Below are positions 1 through 9,503 of a DNA stretch of 64,000 bases, one piece after another. The notes beneath the pieces were generated by a model, which saw nothing but the letters and a program-made list of their open reading frames with translations, did no database searches and was not told the origin of the DNA. A program made the translations under genes and the position numbers. Position 1 is the stretch's first letter; every line of letters begins with the position of its first letter. This DNA comes from an uncultured Acidimicrobiia bacterium (GTDB lineage Bacteria > Actinomycetota > Acidimicrobiia > IMCC26256 > JAENVU01): NCBI GenBank assembly GCA_963835005.1, contig CAWIEA010000009.1, positions 444,435-508,434 of the forward strand. The letters are read 5' to 3'.

Positions 1-81
1 GTAGGCCTTCGTGCGGTCGGCCTCGACCTTGAAGTCGGGACCCTCCGTCCACTGCCCCAGCTTGTCGATCGCGAACCCCAT
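1..81 (-). CDS. 5' end of a CDS running off the left edge (27 codons visible); product unknown, possibly a hotdog-fold/MaoC-like dehydratase
   Basis: ATG at 81-79 is preceded by a GGAAGGAG Shine-Dalgarno. The visible translation is MGFAIDKLGQWTEGPDFKVEADRTKAY. It is too short for a firm product call. Confidence 0.35.
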   Translation of the reverse strand, partial: MGFAIDKLGQWTEGPDFKVEADRTKAY

Positions 82-145
82 GACGTGCTCCTTCCGGTCG
101 GCCGCCGGATCGTATCCGCGGCGGCGGGCCGGCTGGCCGGGGCGC

Positions 146-502
146 CTAGCCCTGCGGCGGAGGGGCGGTGTCGACGTTCGTGCGGGCGACCGGGACGGCC
201 TCGAGCCGGGCGGGGTCGATCGGCGCGCCGGTGACCTCGTCGACGCCGTACGTCCCGTTCTCGATCCGCTCGATCGCGGCCTCGATCTCGGCCAGCTCGG
301 CCTCGAGGTCGTCGAGGATCCCGAGGTCCTTCTCGCGCTCGAACGTGTCGGTCGCGCTGTCGGCGGGGTGCTGGTCGTAGTTGCTCAGCTCCGCGTCATC
401 GCTCTCGACCTCGTCGTCGAGCTCACCGTGCAGCTCGCGGATCAGACCGGTGACCCGGTTGCGTTCCGAGTCGAGCCGCTTGCGTGCCTCTTCGGGATCC
501 AT
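146..502 (-). CDS. TraR/DksA family transcriptional regulator (Cys-free actinobacterial form)
   Basis: Track ORF of 118 aa. It has an acidic coiled-coil N-terminal half. The C-terminal NGTYGVDEVTGAPIDPARLEAVP segment corresponds to the DksA/TraR finger region. Confidence 0.8.
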   Translation of the reverse strand: MDPEEARKRLDSERNRVTGLIRELHGELDDEVESDDAELSNYDQHPADSATDTFEREKDLGILDDLEAELAEIEAAIERIENGTYGVDEVTGAPIDPARLEAVPVARTNVDTAPPPQG

Positions 503-626
503 GCGTGCAGGCTAGTCATCACGTCCTGAGCGGCCCCGGCTGGTCTCGGGGCGAGCGGGAGGCCGGCACGAACGGGCCGCTCCGGTCCACGCGAACGCAG
601 CCGCTCAGCTCACCGCGAGCAGCCGC

Positions 627-1258
627 TCAGCCGCCGGAGAGGCGGAGCTCCAGGAGCTCGGCGAGGTCGTCGAGATGCACGGCGAGCTGGTCGAGTCGGA
701 CCCGAGGATCGTCGAGCGAAAGGAGCTGCTGGGCGTCGAAGGGTCCGAGCGGCGCGACCGCGCACGCCTCGAAGCCGGCGCGCACCGGGTCCGCGTCGCA
801 GGCGTCACGTCCGTCCGCACCGCCGCACCCAGCTCGGACGCGAGTCCGAGGACGCGCCGGAGCCGCTGCTCGACGAGCACGATCGCGTCGGTCGCGTCGG
901 TCGCGTCGCCCGCCGGCTCCTCGAGCTCCTCGATCACGGCCTGCGGGTACGGGTCGTCCGGCAACCACCGGAGCACCCGCAGCCGGCGGGTGCCGACGGT
1001 CGCGAGCGCGTACCGGCCGTCGTCGAACGCGCTCGCATCCACGATGCGCGCCACCGTGCCGACGTCGAACCGCGTGTCGCCGCCGCCGACCTCCGACCCC
1101 CGTTCGATGAGCACCACTCCGAACTCCGGCCCGTCCGGCGCGGCGAGGCAGTCGGCGACCAGCGCGCGGTAGCGGGGCTCGAAGACGTGCAGCGGCAGGA
1201 CGCCGTACGGGAACAGCACCGTCCCGAGCGGGAACATCGGCAGCGTCCGCCCGGTCAC
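627..1258 (-). pseudogene. LON N-terminal substrate-binding domain protein, frame broken near 800-812
   Basis: MFPLGTVLFPYGVLPLHVFEPRYRALV... (ORF 605..1258) is a LON/PUA-like domain. The expected C-terminus DADPVRAGFEACAVAPLGPFDAQQLLSLDDP... is in the frame of ORF 627..1460. Confidence 0.75.
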
Positions 1259-1264
1259 GCCGGC

Positions 1265-2077
1265 TCAGTTCTCCCGCGCCCGCAGCGCCCGGGCCTCGGC
1301 CGCGACCGTCGCGGCTTCGGGTTCGTCGAGACCGTCCGCGAGCGCCTCGAGCGCCGCCGCGGCTTCGCGGAATCGGCCGAGCGAGCCGAGCACTCCTGCG
1401 GTCCGCCGCCGTTCCGCGACCGACAGCTCCTGAAACCGGAGCCTCAGCCGCGCGACCCACGCGGCGTCCCCGGCGTTGCGCTCGAGGTAGGACTGCTGCA
1501 GGTTGTTCAGCACACGCAGCAGGATCGCCCGGGTGCCCGTCGCCGCGAGGTACCGCGGTGAGAACGGCGCCTCGGGACCCTGCAGGGTGGCGAACACCTC
1601 GCGACAGCCTTCGACGTCGAGCACGCGACCCTGGTGGAAGGGATCGACGAACGCCCCCGGGTCTCCGTCCACTCCCACGACGAAGTGACCGGGCATGCCG
1701 ACGCCGTGCAGCGCGACGCCGGTGCGCCGGCCGACCTCGATCATCAGGACGCTGAGCGTGATCGGGATGCCGAGGCGGCGGTCGATGACGTCGTCGAGCA
1801 GCGAGTTGCGCGGATCCGAGTAGTCGGACGTGTTCCCCGAGAACGCCTCGTCGGTGAACAGGCGAGTGCCCAGCGTCCCCGCGTCACGTGCGTCGACGCA
1901 ACGCTCTGCGAGCTCGTCCAGCCGGAGCAGCCAGCCGTCGACGTCGAGACCGGGATGCGCGTGCGCAGCCACGAGGAAGGCACCCTCGTCGAGCGGCAGG
2001 TCGTCCTCCGGGAGTCCGAGCAGCGCGGTGAACCGATCGGTCGCGTCGCTCCAGGCCGCATCGGACGGGCGCGCCAC
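1265..2077 (-). CDS. SirB1/UPF0162-type transglutaminase-like plus TPR protein
   Basis: 270-aa ORF. It has a transglutaminase-like core (GIPITLSVLMIEVGRRTG, GMPGHFVV) followed by helical TPR-like repeats. Confidence 0.7.
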   Translation of the reverse strand: MARPSDAAWSDATDRFTALLGLPEDDLPLDEGAFLVAAHAHPGLDVDGWLLRLDELAERCVDARDAGTLGTRLFTDEAFSGNTSDYSDPRNSLLDDVIDRRLGIPITLSVLMIEVGRRTGVALHGVGMPGHFVVGVDGDPGAFVDPFHQGRVLDVEGCREVFATLQGPEAPFSPRYLAATGTRAILLRVLNNLQQSYLERNAGDAAWVARLRLRFQELSVAERRRTAGVLGSLGRFREAAAALEALADGLDEPEAATVAAEARALRAREN

Positions 2078-2086
2078 GGCGCCGGC

Positions 2087-2860
2087 TCAGGCGTTCGCGG
2101 CGTCGGAGACGGCCTGCTGGAAGGCCTGCGGGTCGGCGAGCTGCTCGGCGGACATCTGCGTGGTGTTCCCATTCGGGCCGGTGATGAACAGCGTCGGCGT
2201 GGAATTCACACCCCGCTTCGACGCGTTCTCCGCCGACTTTCGCACGAAGCCCTCGTACCGGTTGCTGCGCACGCACTCCTCGAACCGGTCGAACGCCTTG
2301 CCGGTGATCCCGGCCTGGCGGCCGAAGTCCACGAGGCGGTCGGTGGTGAGGAAGCCGGAGTTCTCCGAGGCCTGGTTCGTGTACAGCAGGTCCTGGTACG
2401 GGAAGAACTTGTCCTCGTCGCCGGCGCACACCGCGGCCGCGGCGGCGCGCACCGACTCCTCACCGATGAACGGGAAGTACGTGTACGCGTAGCGGATCTT
2501 CCCCTGCTGCACGAGGTCGTCGACCGTCGAGCCGAAGATGTCGTGGAAGCGCTTGCACGACGGGCACTGGAGGTCGGCGTACTCCTGGACGAGCACGGGG
2601 GCGGACGACTCGCCCTCGATCTCGGAGTCGTTCGGGCCCAGCTGGTGCTTCGGTACGACCACGGGGCTGTTCTCCGTCTTCGATCGGGATGCCTGCACGA
2701 CGATGCCCACCACGAGCGCGATGACAACCACGCCGATCACGATCCACCACTGCATCGCGATCCCGAAGGGCCCCGCCTTCGCGGCCGGGCGCTTCGCCGG
2801 TCCCTTCTTCGGGCCGGGCGACGACGGTCGCTTCGCGGGTCGCTTGCTGCCGGACGCCAT
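2087..2860 (-). CDS. DsbA-family thioredoxin-domain protein, membrane anchored
   Basis: Start chosen at MASGSK. It has a Lys/Pro-rich tail, one TM helix and a thioredoxin fold with a CPSC active site (ADLQCPSCKRF). The ATG overlaps the stop of the MauE/DoxX gene (TGATG). Confidence 0.85.
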   Translation of the reverse strand: MASGSKRPAKRPSSPGPKKGPAKRPAAKAGPFGIAMQWWIVIGVVVIALVVGIVVQASRSKTENSPVVVPKHQLGPNDSEIEGESSAPVLVQEYADLQCPSCKRFHDIFGSTVDDLVQQGKIRYAYTYFPFIGEESVRAAAAAVCAGDEDKFFPYQDLLYTNQASENSGFLTTDRLVDFGRQAGITGKAFDRFEECVRSNRYEGFVRKSAENASKRGVNSTPTLFITGPNGNTTQMSAEQLADPQAFQQAVSDAANA

Positions 2861-3318
2861 CAGGTGCTCATCCTCTCGTCCAGGGAGAGCGCCGAGCGCG
2901 GACCGATCGCGATGAACACCGACAAGCCCAGCAGCACGACGTCCCGCACGATCTCCTCTGCGTACTTGGCGGCGTCGAGGCGGTTCGTGACGCCACCGCC
3001 GCCGAAGCATCCGCAATCGATCGCCAGCCCGCGTGCCCAGGCCGAGCCGATCATCACGATGAACGCGACGAACAGTACCGCCGACACCCAGGCCGCCGGT
3101 CGCGTGGCCAACCCCACCAGGAGCAGGACGGCGAGCGCGAGCTCGACGAACGGGAGGCCCCACGCGATCGGCTTGATCAGTGCCTCGGGGAAGAGCTCAT
3201 AGGCACGGACCGCCCGGGTCGCCGCATCCGGGTCCGAGATCTTCGCGAGCCCGGCCCACGTCCATACGACGGCGAGCGCGAGCCGGGCTGCAAAGGAGAT
3301 CCACCGCCACGCCCTCAC
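2860..3318 (-). CDS. MauE/DoxX family redox-associated membrane protein
   Basis: 152 aa with four hydrophobic helices and a CGCFGG motif typical of the family. It is coupled to the DsbA-like gene. Confidence 0.8.
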   Translation of the reverse strand: MRAWRWISFAARLALAVVWTWAGLAKISDPDAATRAVRAYELFPEALIKPIAWGLPFVELALAVLLLVGLATRPAAWVSAVLFVAFIVMIGSAWARGLAIDCGCFGGGGVTNRLDAAKYAEEIVRDVVLLGLSVFIAIGPRSALSLDERMST

Positions 3319-3334
3319 AGTGTGGCGTCGTTCG

Positions 3335-4006
3335 TCACGCGGTCGGCGTCTTCGAGCGCCGGGCGCGCATCACGAGGAAGACGATGACTCCGAGGACGAC
3401 GATCACACCGATGACGATGGCGATGATCACGCCCGTCGACGAGCTGTCGTCGTGGGATCCGCTGTCGGAGTGCGCCGTCGTCGTGGCCGTGGACGCCGCG
3501 TCGTCTTCGTGCGGGGCATCGCCCTTGACGTAGAGCACGGGGGCCGGGTGCTCCGGCTCCTCGCCGCCCGCGGGCGTGGGCTCGATCCAACGCACGACCG
3601 TGGCGTCGTCGTAGGTCTGGAGCGCCTTGAACTCGACGGTCCGCGTGTCGCCCGGGAAGTCGCCCATCGTGACGGGGAACTCGACCTCGTCGTCACCGAC
3701 GATCGTCCCGCCCGTCCAGGTGATCGACTCGACGTCGCCTGCAGCGTCCTTCTTCACCGCCGCGGTGAAGCCGTTCGCGTCCTCGGCCGTCGCGTCGGTC
3801 AGCTTCGGCGACGCCGGGAAGACGAGCTCGATGCTCGTCGTCTTCGCGGTCTTCGACTCGTTCGGAACCGAGAGCGACGCGTTCACGACGCCCTGCGCGG
3901 TGACCTCCCCCTCGCGCGCGATCTCGACGTGAGCGAACGCCGCCCCTGCCCACAGCATGACCACCCCGGTCACGATGACGCCCACCACTGTCAGCTTGCG
4001 GATCAT
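3335..4006 (-). CDS. ycnI: YcnI family (DUF1775) copper-binding protein
   Basis: Signal peptide ...AGAAFA/HVEI leaves an N-terminal His. The body is YcnI-like, followed by a Ser/Thr/Asp-rich linker and a C-terminal TM anchor. Confidence 0.85.
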   Translation of the reverse strand: MIRKLTVVGVIVTGVVMLWAGAAFAHVEIAREGEVTAQGVVNASLSVPNESKTAKTTSIELVFPASPKLTDATAEDANGFTAAVKKDAAGDVESITWTGGTIVGDDEVEFPVTMGDFPGDTRTVEFKALQTYDDATVVRWIEPTPAGGEEPEHPAPVLYVKGDAPHEDDAASTATTTAHSDSGSHDDSSSTGVIIAIVIGVIVVLGVIVFLVMRARRSKTPTA

Positions 4007-4045
4007 GATGCTCCTGTCTCTCGGTTGTGCTCAGGAACTGTGTGC

Positions 4046-5953
4046 TCAGGAACTGAAGGACACCGTCGTCGTGGCCGCCGACTCGTCGACGTCGCCGAGC
4101 ACGGCCTTCACCGTGAGCTTCCAGTCACCCGCGAACGGGACCGTCAAGCCGGCCGACGTGTAGTGCCCGGGCGCGAGCCGGATCAGCTTCACCTCGATCG
4201 GGGCGATGTCGTTGTCCGGCTGGCTCATCTCGGCGGAGACCTCGGTCGCGTCGACGGTGGTGCCGGTGCCGGTCGGATCCAGCGTGAAGAGGTGCATCTC
4301 GTTCGCACCCCGTGTCGCGGGCGTGATGGTGATGTCGAACGAGACCTTCTCCGTCTTCAAGGTGGCGGTGTACGGCCCGGAGTCCTGGCCGCGAGCCGGA
4401 GCGGCGTTCACGAGCAGCGCGGTGACCGCGAGGATGATCACGCCGAGGATGACCTCGAAGAGGAGCCCGCGACGCAGGCGGCGCTCGGCGGTCGGCTCGT
4501 CGAGCACGTAGCCCTCGGGATATCCCTCGTCCTCGTCGTCGGGAGAGAGCGGGAGACCGCCCCCGCCGGGCGCGACGGGCGGGAGCGTCGCCGTCCCGCC
4601 ACCGCCACCGCCGCTGCCGCCGCCGGACATGGCCGCGGCACCGGCGCCCACCACCGCGCCCGCACCCACGGAGACGGGGGTGTCGAGCTCGTCCTCGGGA
4701 ATCCGCCAGCGCCGGTTCACGACGTCGCGGCTCACCGCGGCTGCGACCATCAAGAAGAGGAAGAAGCCCAGCTTCACGAGCAGGATCCGCCCGTAATCGG
4801 TGTCGACCAGCGCGCCGAAGCTGTCGATCTGGCGGAACGCCTGGAACGTGCCGGTCACCACGATCACACCCATCGACACGAGCGCGTACGCGGAGTACCT
4901 GGGCACGACGTCGCGCAGCGACGGCTCGTCGGCCCTCGGCATGAAGGCGGAGAAGAGCATCACCAGGCCGCCGAGCCAGAGGCCGACGCCGTAGATGTGC
5001 AGCGTGTCGGCCGGGATCGCGATCGACACGAGCGGACCGGTCGACGCGTGGCCGGCCAGCCCGGGAGTCGCGCTGAGCGCGAGCCCGAGCACGCCCGCGG
5101 CCCACGGCCACCACGACGGCAGCGGGTGCTCGATCTCGGGGCCGCGGCTCGGGAGGAGCCGGAGCAGCAACGGCAACGCGAGCAGCAGGAGCACCACGCG
5201 GGCGATGAGGACCCGCCCGTAGCGGGTCGAGAGGACCTGGGACCAGAGGCTCGGGTCGACCACCTTCTCCAGTCCGAGCGCCGCCCCGTAGGGGCCCTCG
5301 AGCGCGAAGGCGAGGAGGGTGAAGCCGACGGTGCAGCCCCACGCCGTCCACACCAGGCGGCGGGCCCGGCGATCGGACCGGCCGCGCCTCCACACCCAGG
5401 CGAGGAACGCGCCGCCGCCGATGAGTCCGGCGAGGCCGAGGAACGCCCCGAAGCGAGCGATGGCGAACACGATGCCGACGATCGAGCTGCCGCCCTGGTC
5501 GGTCAGCAGGCGGTTGGCCAGGCCCTGCGCCTGCTTCGACGTGGTGTTCGAGGAGCCGACGGTGAAGGTGTACGCACCCTGGATCGGGTGCGAGTCCGCG
5601 GAGATCACCCGCCAGGTGACGACGTAGAGGCCGTCGTCCAGCTTCGGGACGGAGACTGCGACCTCGCTGGCCTTGCCGTTCGGATGGTGGGCTTCGCCGA
5701 CATCGACCCGGTCGGCGCGGGAGTCGAACATCCGGACGGCACCGAGCGACGCCTCGACCGGCTCGCTGTACGAGAGCCTGATCTGGGCCGGCGAGCGCCG
5801 CACGGTCGCGCCGGCCCCGGGATCGGTGCCCTCGAGAGTGGCGTGGGCGAACGCAGGGACCGCAGTCAGCCCGATGACGGCGAACACGAGCGCACAGAAG
5901 ACCAGCAGACGACGCACCGTTCGACCCCCCGTCGTTCCCCCCATGGGGGTCAT
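4046..5953 (-). CDS. CopC-CopD fusion copper resistance/uptake protein (YcnJ-like architecture)
   Basis: Signal peptide ...VPAFA/HATLEGTDP precedes the CopC domain. This is followed by a multi-TM CopD domain, a Gly-rich insert (GGGSGGGGGG) and a C-terminal beta domain. My start choice is 5953 (MTPMGG), which forms an ATGA overlap with the anti-sigma stop. The maximal ORF starts at 6013. Confidence 0.85.
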   Translation of the reverse strand: MTPMGGTTGGRTVRRLLVFCALVFAVIGLTAVPAFAHATLEGTDPGAGATVRRSPAQIRLSYSEPVEASLGAVRMFDSRADRVDVGEAHHPNGKASEVAVSVPKLDDGLYVVTWRVISADSHPIQGAYTFTVGSSNTTSKQAQGLANRLLTDQGGSSIVGIVFAIARFGAFLGLAGLIGGGAFLAWVWRRGRSDRRARRLVWTAWGCTVGFTLLAFALEGPYGAALGLEKVVDPSLWSQVLSTRYGRVLIARVVLLLLALPLLLRLLPSRGPEIEHPLPSWWPWAAGVLGLALSATPGLAGHASTGPLVSIAIPADTLHIYGVGLWLGGLVMLFSAFMPRADEPSLRDVVPRYSAYALVSMGVIVVTGTFQAFRQIDSFGALVDTDYGRILLVKLGFFLFLMVAAAVSRDVVNRRWRIPEDELDTPVSVGAGAVVGAGAAAMSGGGSGGGGGGTATLPPVAPGGGGLPLSPDDEDEGYPEGYVLDEPTAERRLRRGLLFEVILGVIILAVTALLVNAAPARGQDSGPYTATLKTEKVSFDITITPATRGANEMHLFTLDPTGTGTTVDATEVSAEMSQPDNDIAPIEVKLIRLAPGHYTSAGLTVPFAGDWKLTVKAVLGDVDESAATTTVSFSS

Positions 5954-6612
5954 CCCAGCACGGGACGATGGCGAGAGGGTGCCACCGGAGATTCGGTCCG
6001 GGCGAGGAGCCACACCGCCACGAGGCCGACGAGCTCGGTGGCGTGGCTCACCTCACCGCTCGGAGCCGCCCGACCCTGGGCGATGTCGAGCACGGAGCTG
6101 GCGACCAGGCAGATGACCACCGCCGCCACCACCGGCAACATCCCGGCCGCCCGCTCCGGCTTCCAGGCCACGAACAGGAGGCCGATGCCCAACGCCACCG
6201 CGAACGACCCGAGATGCCGGGCCACGTGGGTCGGGAGCCCGGCGTCGTCGCCGAGGATCAGGGCGGGGACCGCCATCGTCAGCTGGATCACGGCCACGAT
6301 CGCGAGCGCGAGGCGCAGGAAGTCGGTGCGGTCGTCGCGTGTCACCACCGCGGGTTCGTCGCCGATCGACCGCAGGATCGCGTCGGTGAGGTCGGGGACG
6401 GGCGTGGCCGGCGTGATCCGGGCCGTCCGGTGCAGGGCGGTGGCGTCGGTCGAGAAGGACCGGCACTCGGCGCAGCCGTCGAGGTGCGTCCGCACCACCT
6501 CCTCGGGGAGCCCGGGGTCCTCCCCGTCGAGGGAGGCGGAGATCGCGTCACGGCATCGCTCGCAGTCCATGGAGGGGTAGTCGTCCGTCGGGCCCGTCTG
6601 GTTCCCGGTCAC
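5950..6612 (-). CDS. zf-HC2 anti-sigma factor, membrane spanning
   Basis: MDCERCRDAISASLDGE...HLDGCAECRSF is the zinc-finger anti-sigma N-domain. It is followed by several TM helices. The start is GTG 6612 or ATG 6570. Confidence 0.8.
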   Translation of the reverse strand: MTGNQTGPTDDYPSMDCERCRDAISASLDGEDPGLPEEVVRTHLDGCAECRSFSTDATALHRTARITPATPVPDLTDAILRSIGDEPAVVTRDDRTDFLRLALAIVAVIQLTMAVPALILGDDAGLPTHVARHLGSFAVALGIGLLFVAWKPERAAGMLPVVAAVVICLVASSVLDIAQGRAAPSGEVSHATELVGLVAVWLLARTESPVAPSRHRPVLG

Positions 6613-6630
6613 GCGTCACGATCGCGAGCC

Positions 6631-7204
6631 GTGTCCCGACCGGCGGTCGCCGGGGACCGGCCGGTAACGTCGGCCACCGTGGACGAGCTCACGCGGCTCC
6701 TGCTCGCGGGGCGAGACGGCGACCGCGGTGCGTTGACCGCCGCGATCCGCCGGGCCCAGCCCGACGTCTGGCGGCTGGCCGCGCATCTCGTGGGCCGGTC
6801 CGACGCCGACGACGTCACCCAGGACGTGTTCCTCCGTGCCCACCGCTCCCTGCCGCGGTTCCGGGCCGAGGCGAGCGCCCGTACCTGGCTCCTCACCATC
6901 ACCCGGTGCGCCTGCGCGGACTTCGTGCGCAGCGCGAAGCGACGGCGACGGCTGCACGAGCGCCTCACGACGCAACCCGACGCGACGACCGAGTCCGCGG
7001 CCGACGGCGTGATCGGCATCGACGACCTCGTCGACACGCTCGACAGCGACCGCCGGGCCGCGTTCGTCCTGACGCAGGTGCTCGGCTGCTCGTACGCGGA
7101 GGCAGCCGAGATCTGCGAGACGGCGATCGGCACCATCCGGTCGCACGTCGCGCGCGGCACGCGCGGATCTGCTCGACCAGCTGCGCGCCGCCGACACCGC
7201 GTGA
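6631..7204 (+). pseudogene. ECF-type RNA polymerase sigma-70 factor, frame broken near 7155
   Basis: Region 2 (DVTQDVFLRAHRSLPRF) and region 4 (SYAEAAEICETAIGTIRS) are both present. The natural tail ARADLLDQLRAADTA-stop (TGA 7202-7204) lies in another frame. The start is GTG 6631 or GTG 6679. Confidence 0.8.
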
Positions 7205-8273
7205 CGAGCAACCTGCGGCGCGCGCCCTGGCCGGGGCGGCGATCGTCGTGGGGCTCCTCGTCGTCACCGCCACCCCCGCATCTGCGCACGGCGTCGGTGG
7301 GCTGCAGCCCACGAATTACGTGACGACCGTCGACGGCATCCGCCCCCCGCTTCCGGGCGTCCGGGTGCAGGCGATCGACCTCGGGACGAAGATCGAGCTC
7401 CGCAACCACAGCCGCCGCGTCGTCACCGTGATCGGCTACCAGGGCGAGCCCTACCTGCGGGTCGGGCCGCGCGGCGTCTGGCAGAACGACCGCTCGCCCG
7501 CGGTCTTCCTCAACCGGAGCCAGATCCCGACCCAGGAGGCGCCGGGCGACGAGTACGACGCGAAGGCGAAGCCCCACTGGGTGAAGATCTCCGACACTCC
7601 GGTCGCGACTTGGCACGACCACCGCACGCACCTGATGACGAGCGAGGATCCGCAGTCGGTGCAGCGCGATCCCGGCCGCCGCCGCGTCGTGATCGCGAGC
7701 TGGAGGATCCCACTGCGCGACGAGGCGCGGCGATACGCCGTCGTCGGCGACGCGACGTACATCCCGCCGCCTTCGCCGTGGCCCTGGATCATCGGCGCGG
7801 TGATGCTCGTCGCCGGCACCGTGGTCCTGTGCCGGACCAGGCGTTGGTCGGCGGTCATGCAGGTGGCGCTCGACGATCCTCGTGGTGAGCGAGACGATCC
7901 ACGTCGTCGGCGCCTGGCAGGCGTCGACCGCATCGATCGGCAGCCGCCTGCTCGCGAGCATCTACTCCATCGGCGGGATCGCGGTGTGCGTGCTCGCACT
8001 GTGGTGGCTGCGGCACCGTGACGCGTGGGCCGCGCGCCTGCGGTCCTGGTCGCGGGACTCTTCGTCTTCGTCGCCGGCGGCCTGGCCGACTTCACCACGC
8101 TCACGCGGTCGCAGGTCCCGACCACCCTGCCGGACGTGATCGCGAGGCTCACGGTGACGATCGCACTCGGCCTCGGCCTCGGTCTGGTGATCGCCGCCGG
8201 CATGCGGCTGCGCGCTCCGCCGCCGCCCCGGCGGACCCAGGCCGCGGCACCGGTCCGCACCCTCGTCCCCTGA
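7201..8273 (+). pseudogene. Uncharacterised secreted/membrane protein with predicted N-terminal His; frame broken about 3 times
   Basis: Best reconstruction starts at GTG 7201, which forms a GTGA overlap with the sigma stop. It reads VTSNLRRA, shifts frame, then continues LAGAAIVVGLLVVTATPASA/HGVGG. A His-rich soluble domain follows (HWVKISDTPVATWHDHRTH). TM helices are then split over ORFs 7882..8139 and 8025..8273. The frame changes are near 7224, 7869 and 8035. Confidence 0.55.
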
Positions 8274-8290
8274 CGCGCCAGGCTGGGGGC

Positions 8291-8715
8291 ATGCCGACCA
8301 TCTTCACCCGCATCATCGAGGGCGATCTCCCCGGCACGTTCGTCTGGCGCGACGACGTCTGCGTGGCGTTCATGTCGATCGCGCCGATCCACCCGGGGCA
8401 CACGCTCGTGGTCCCCCGGGCGGAGGTCGACCACTGGATCGACCTCGAGCCGGACGTCAACGCCCACCTGATGCGCGTCGCCCAGGAGATCGCCGCGCGC
8501 AGCAGGCCGCGTTCGAGCCGGTGCGCATCGGGCTGATCATCGCCGGCCTCGAAGTGCCCCACACGCACGTGCACGTGATCCCGATCGACGGGATGGAGGA
8601 CCTGGACTTCGGCCGGGCCGATGCCGCCACGCCGGCGGACGCGATCGACGACACGGCGGCGCGGTTACGGGTGGCGTTGCGCGACCGGGACGCCACGGGC
8701 GTCCCGGACGAGTGA
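8291..8715 (+). pseudogene. HIT family (histidine triad) protein, frame broken near 8497
   Basis: The gene opens with MPTIFTRIIEGDLPGTFVW. The triad HTHVHVIP is in the second ORF, 8521..8715. Confidence 0.85.
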
Positions 8716-8729
8716 CGGGCGGGGGATCG

Positions 8730-9503
8730 ATGCGACTCGCCGGCGAGCGCGCGCTCGTCACCGGATCGACGTCCGGCATCGGCCGCACGATCGCGACGCG
8801 CTTCGCGGCCGAGGGTGCGGCAGTCGTCGTGCACGGTCGCAACCAGGAGCGCGGCGACGCCGTCGTGCAGGAGATCCGCCACGCCGGTGGCGAGGCGATG
8901 TTCGTGGCCGCGGACCTCTCCGACGAGACCGCCTGCACTGACCTGGTCGGTGCCGCCGCGCTCGCGCTCGGCGGGCTCTCGGTGCTGGTGAACAACGCGG
9001 TCGCGAGCACGGTGGACGAGACCGACGGTCCGGTCGGCGACCTCTCGACCCCGGCGTGGGAGACGAGCCTCCGGGTGAACCTCACCGCGCCGATGTGGCT
9101 GTGTCGAGCGGCGATCCCGCACCTCGTCGCGACCGGTCACGGAACGATCGTGAACGTCTCGAGCCGTGCGGCGGAGCGGTCGTCGCCGGGGCTGACCGCG
9201 TACGCGGCATCGAAGTCGGGGCTCAACGGGCTCACCCGCACGATCGCGGTCGACTATGCGGCCGCCGGCATCCGCTGCAACACGATCAGCCCCGGCTACG
9301 TCGTCAACGAACGACGCGACGGGTCGATGGACCCAACGACCCGACGGCGCCGCGAGGCGCAGCACCTCACGAGGCTCGGCGCCGCCGACGACGTCGCCTA
9401 CGCGGCCGTCTATCTCGCGAGCCGCGAGAGCGAGTACCTCACCGGGATCAACCTCGCGCTCGACGGCGGGAGCAGCGCCGCCCGCGGCGCGGTGCTGGGA
9501 TGA
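8730..9503 (+). CDS. SDR family oxidoreductase
   Basis: It has the TGSTSGIGR, NNAV and YAASK motifs. ATG 8730, with a GGGGGA Shine-Dalgarno, is preferred over GTG 8712. Confidence 0.85.
   Translation: MRLAGERALVTGSTSGIGRTIATRFAAEGAAVVVHGRNQERGDAVVQEIRHAGGEAMFVAADLSDETACTDLVGAAALALGGLSVLVNNAVASTVDETDGPVGDLSTPAWETSLRVNLTAPMWLCRAAIPHLVATGHGTIVNVSSRAAERSSPGLTAYAASKSGLNGLTRTIAVDYAAAGIRCNTISPGYVVNERRDGSMDPTTRRRREAQHLTRLGAADDVAYAAVYLASRESEYLTGINLALDGGSSAARGAVLG

Noticed and set aside
3320-6580. 1086-aa plus-strand ORF covering the YcnI, CopCD and anti-sigma region
   Set aside because: It is antisense to genes with clear family signatures. Its translation is Arg/Gly/Asp/Pro-rich low complexity with no motifs, which is the typical stop-free shadow frame of very GC-rich DNA.
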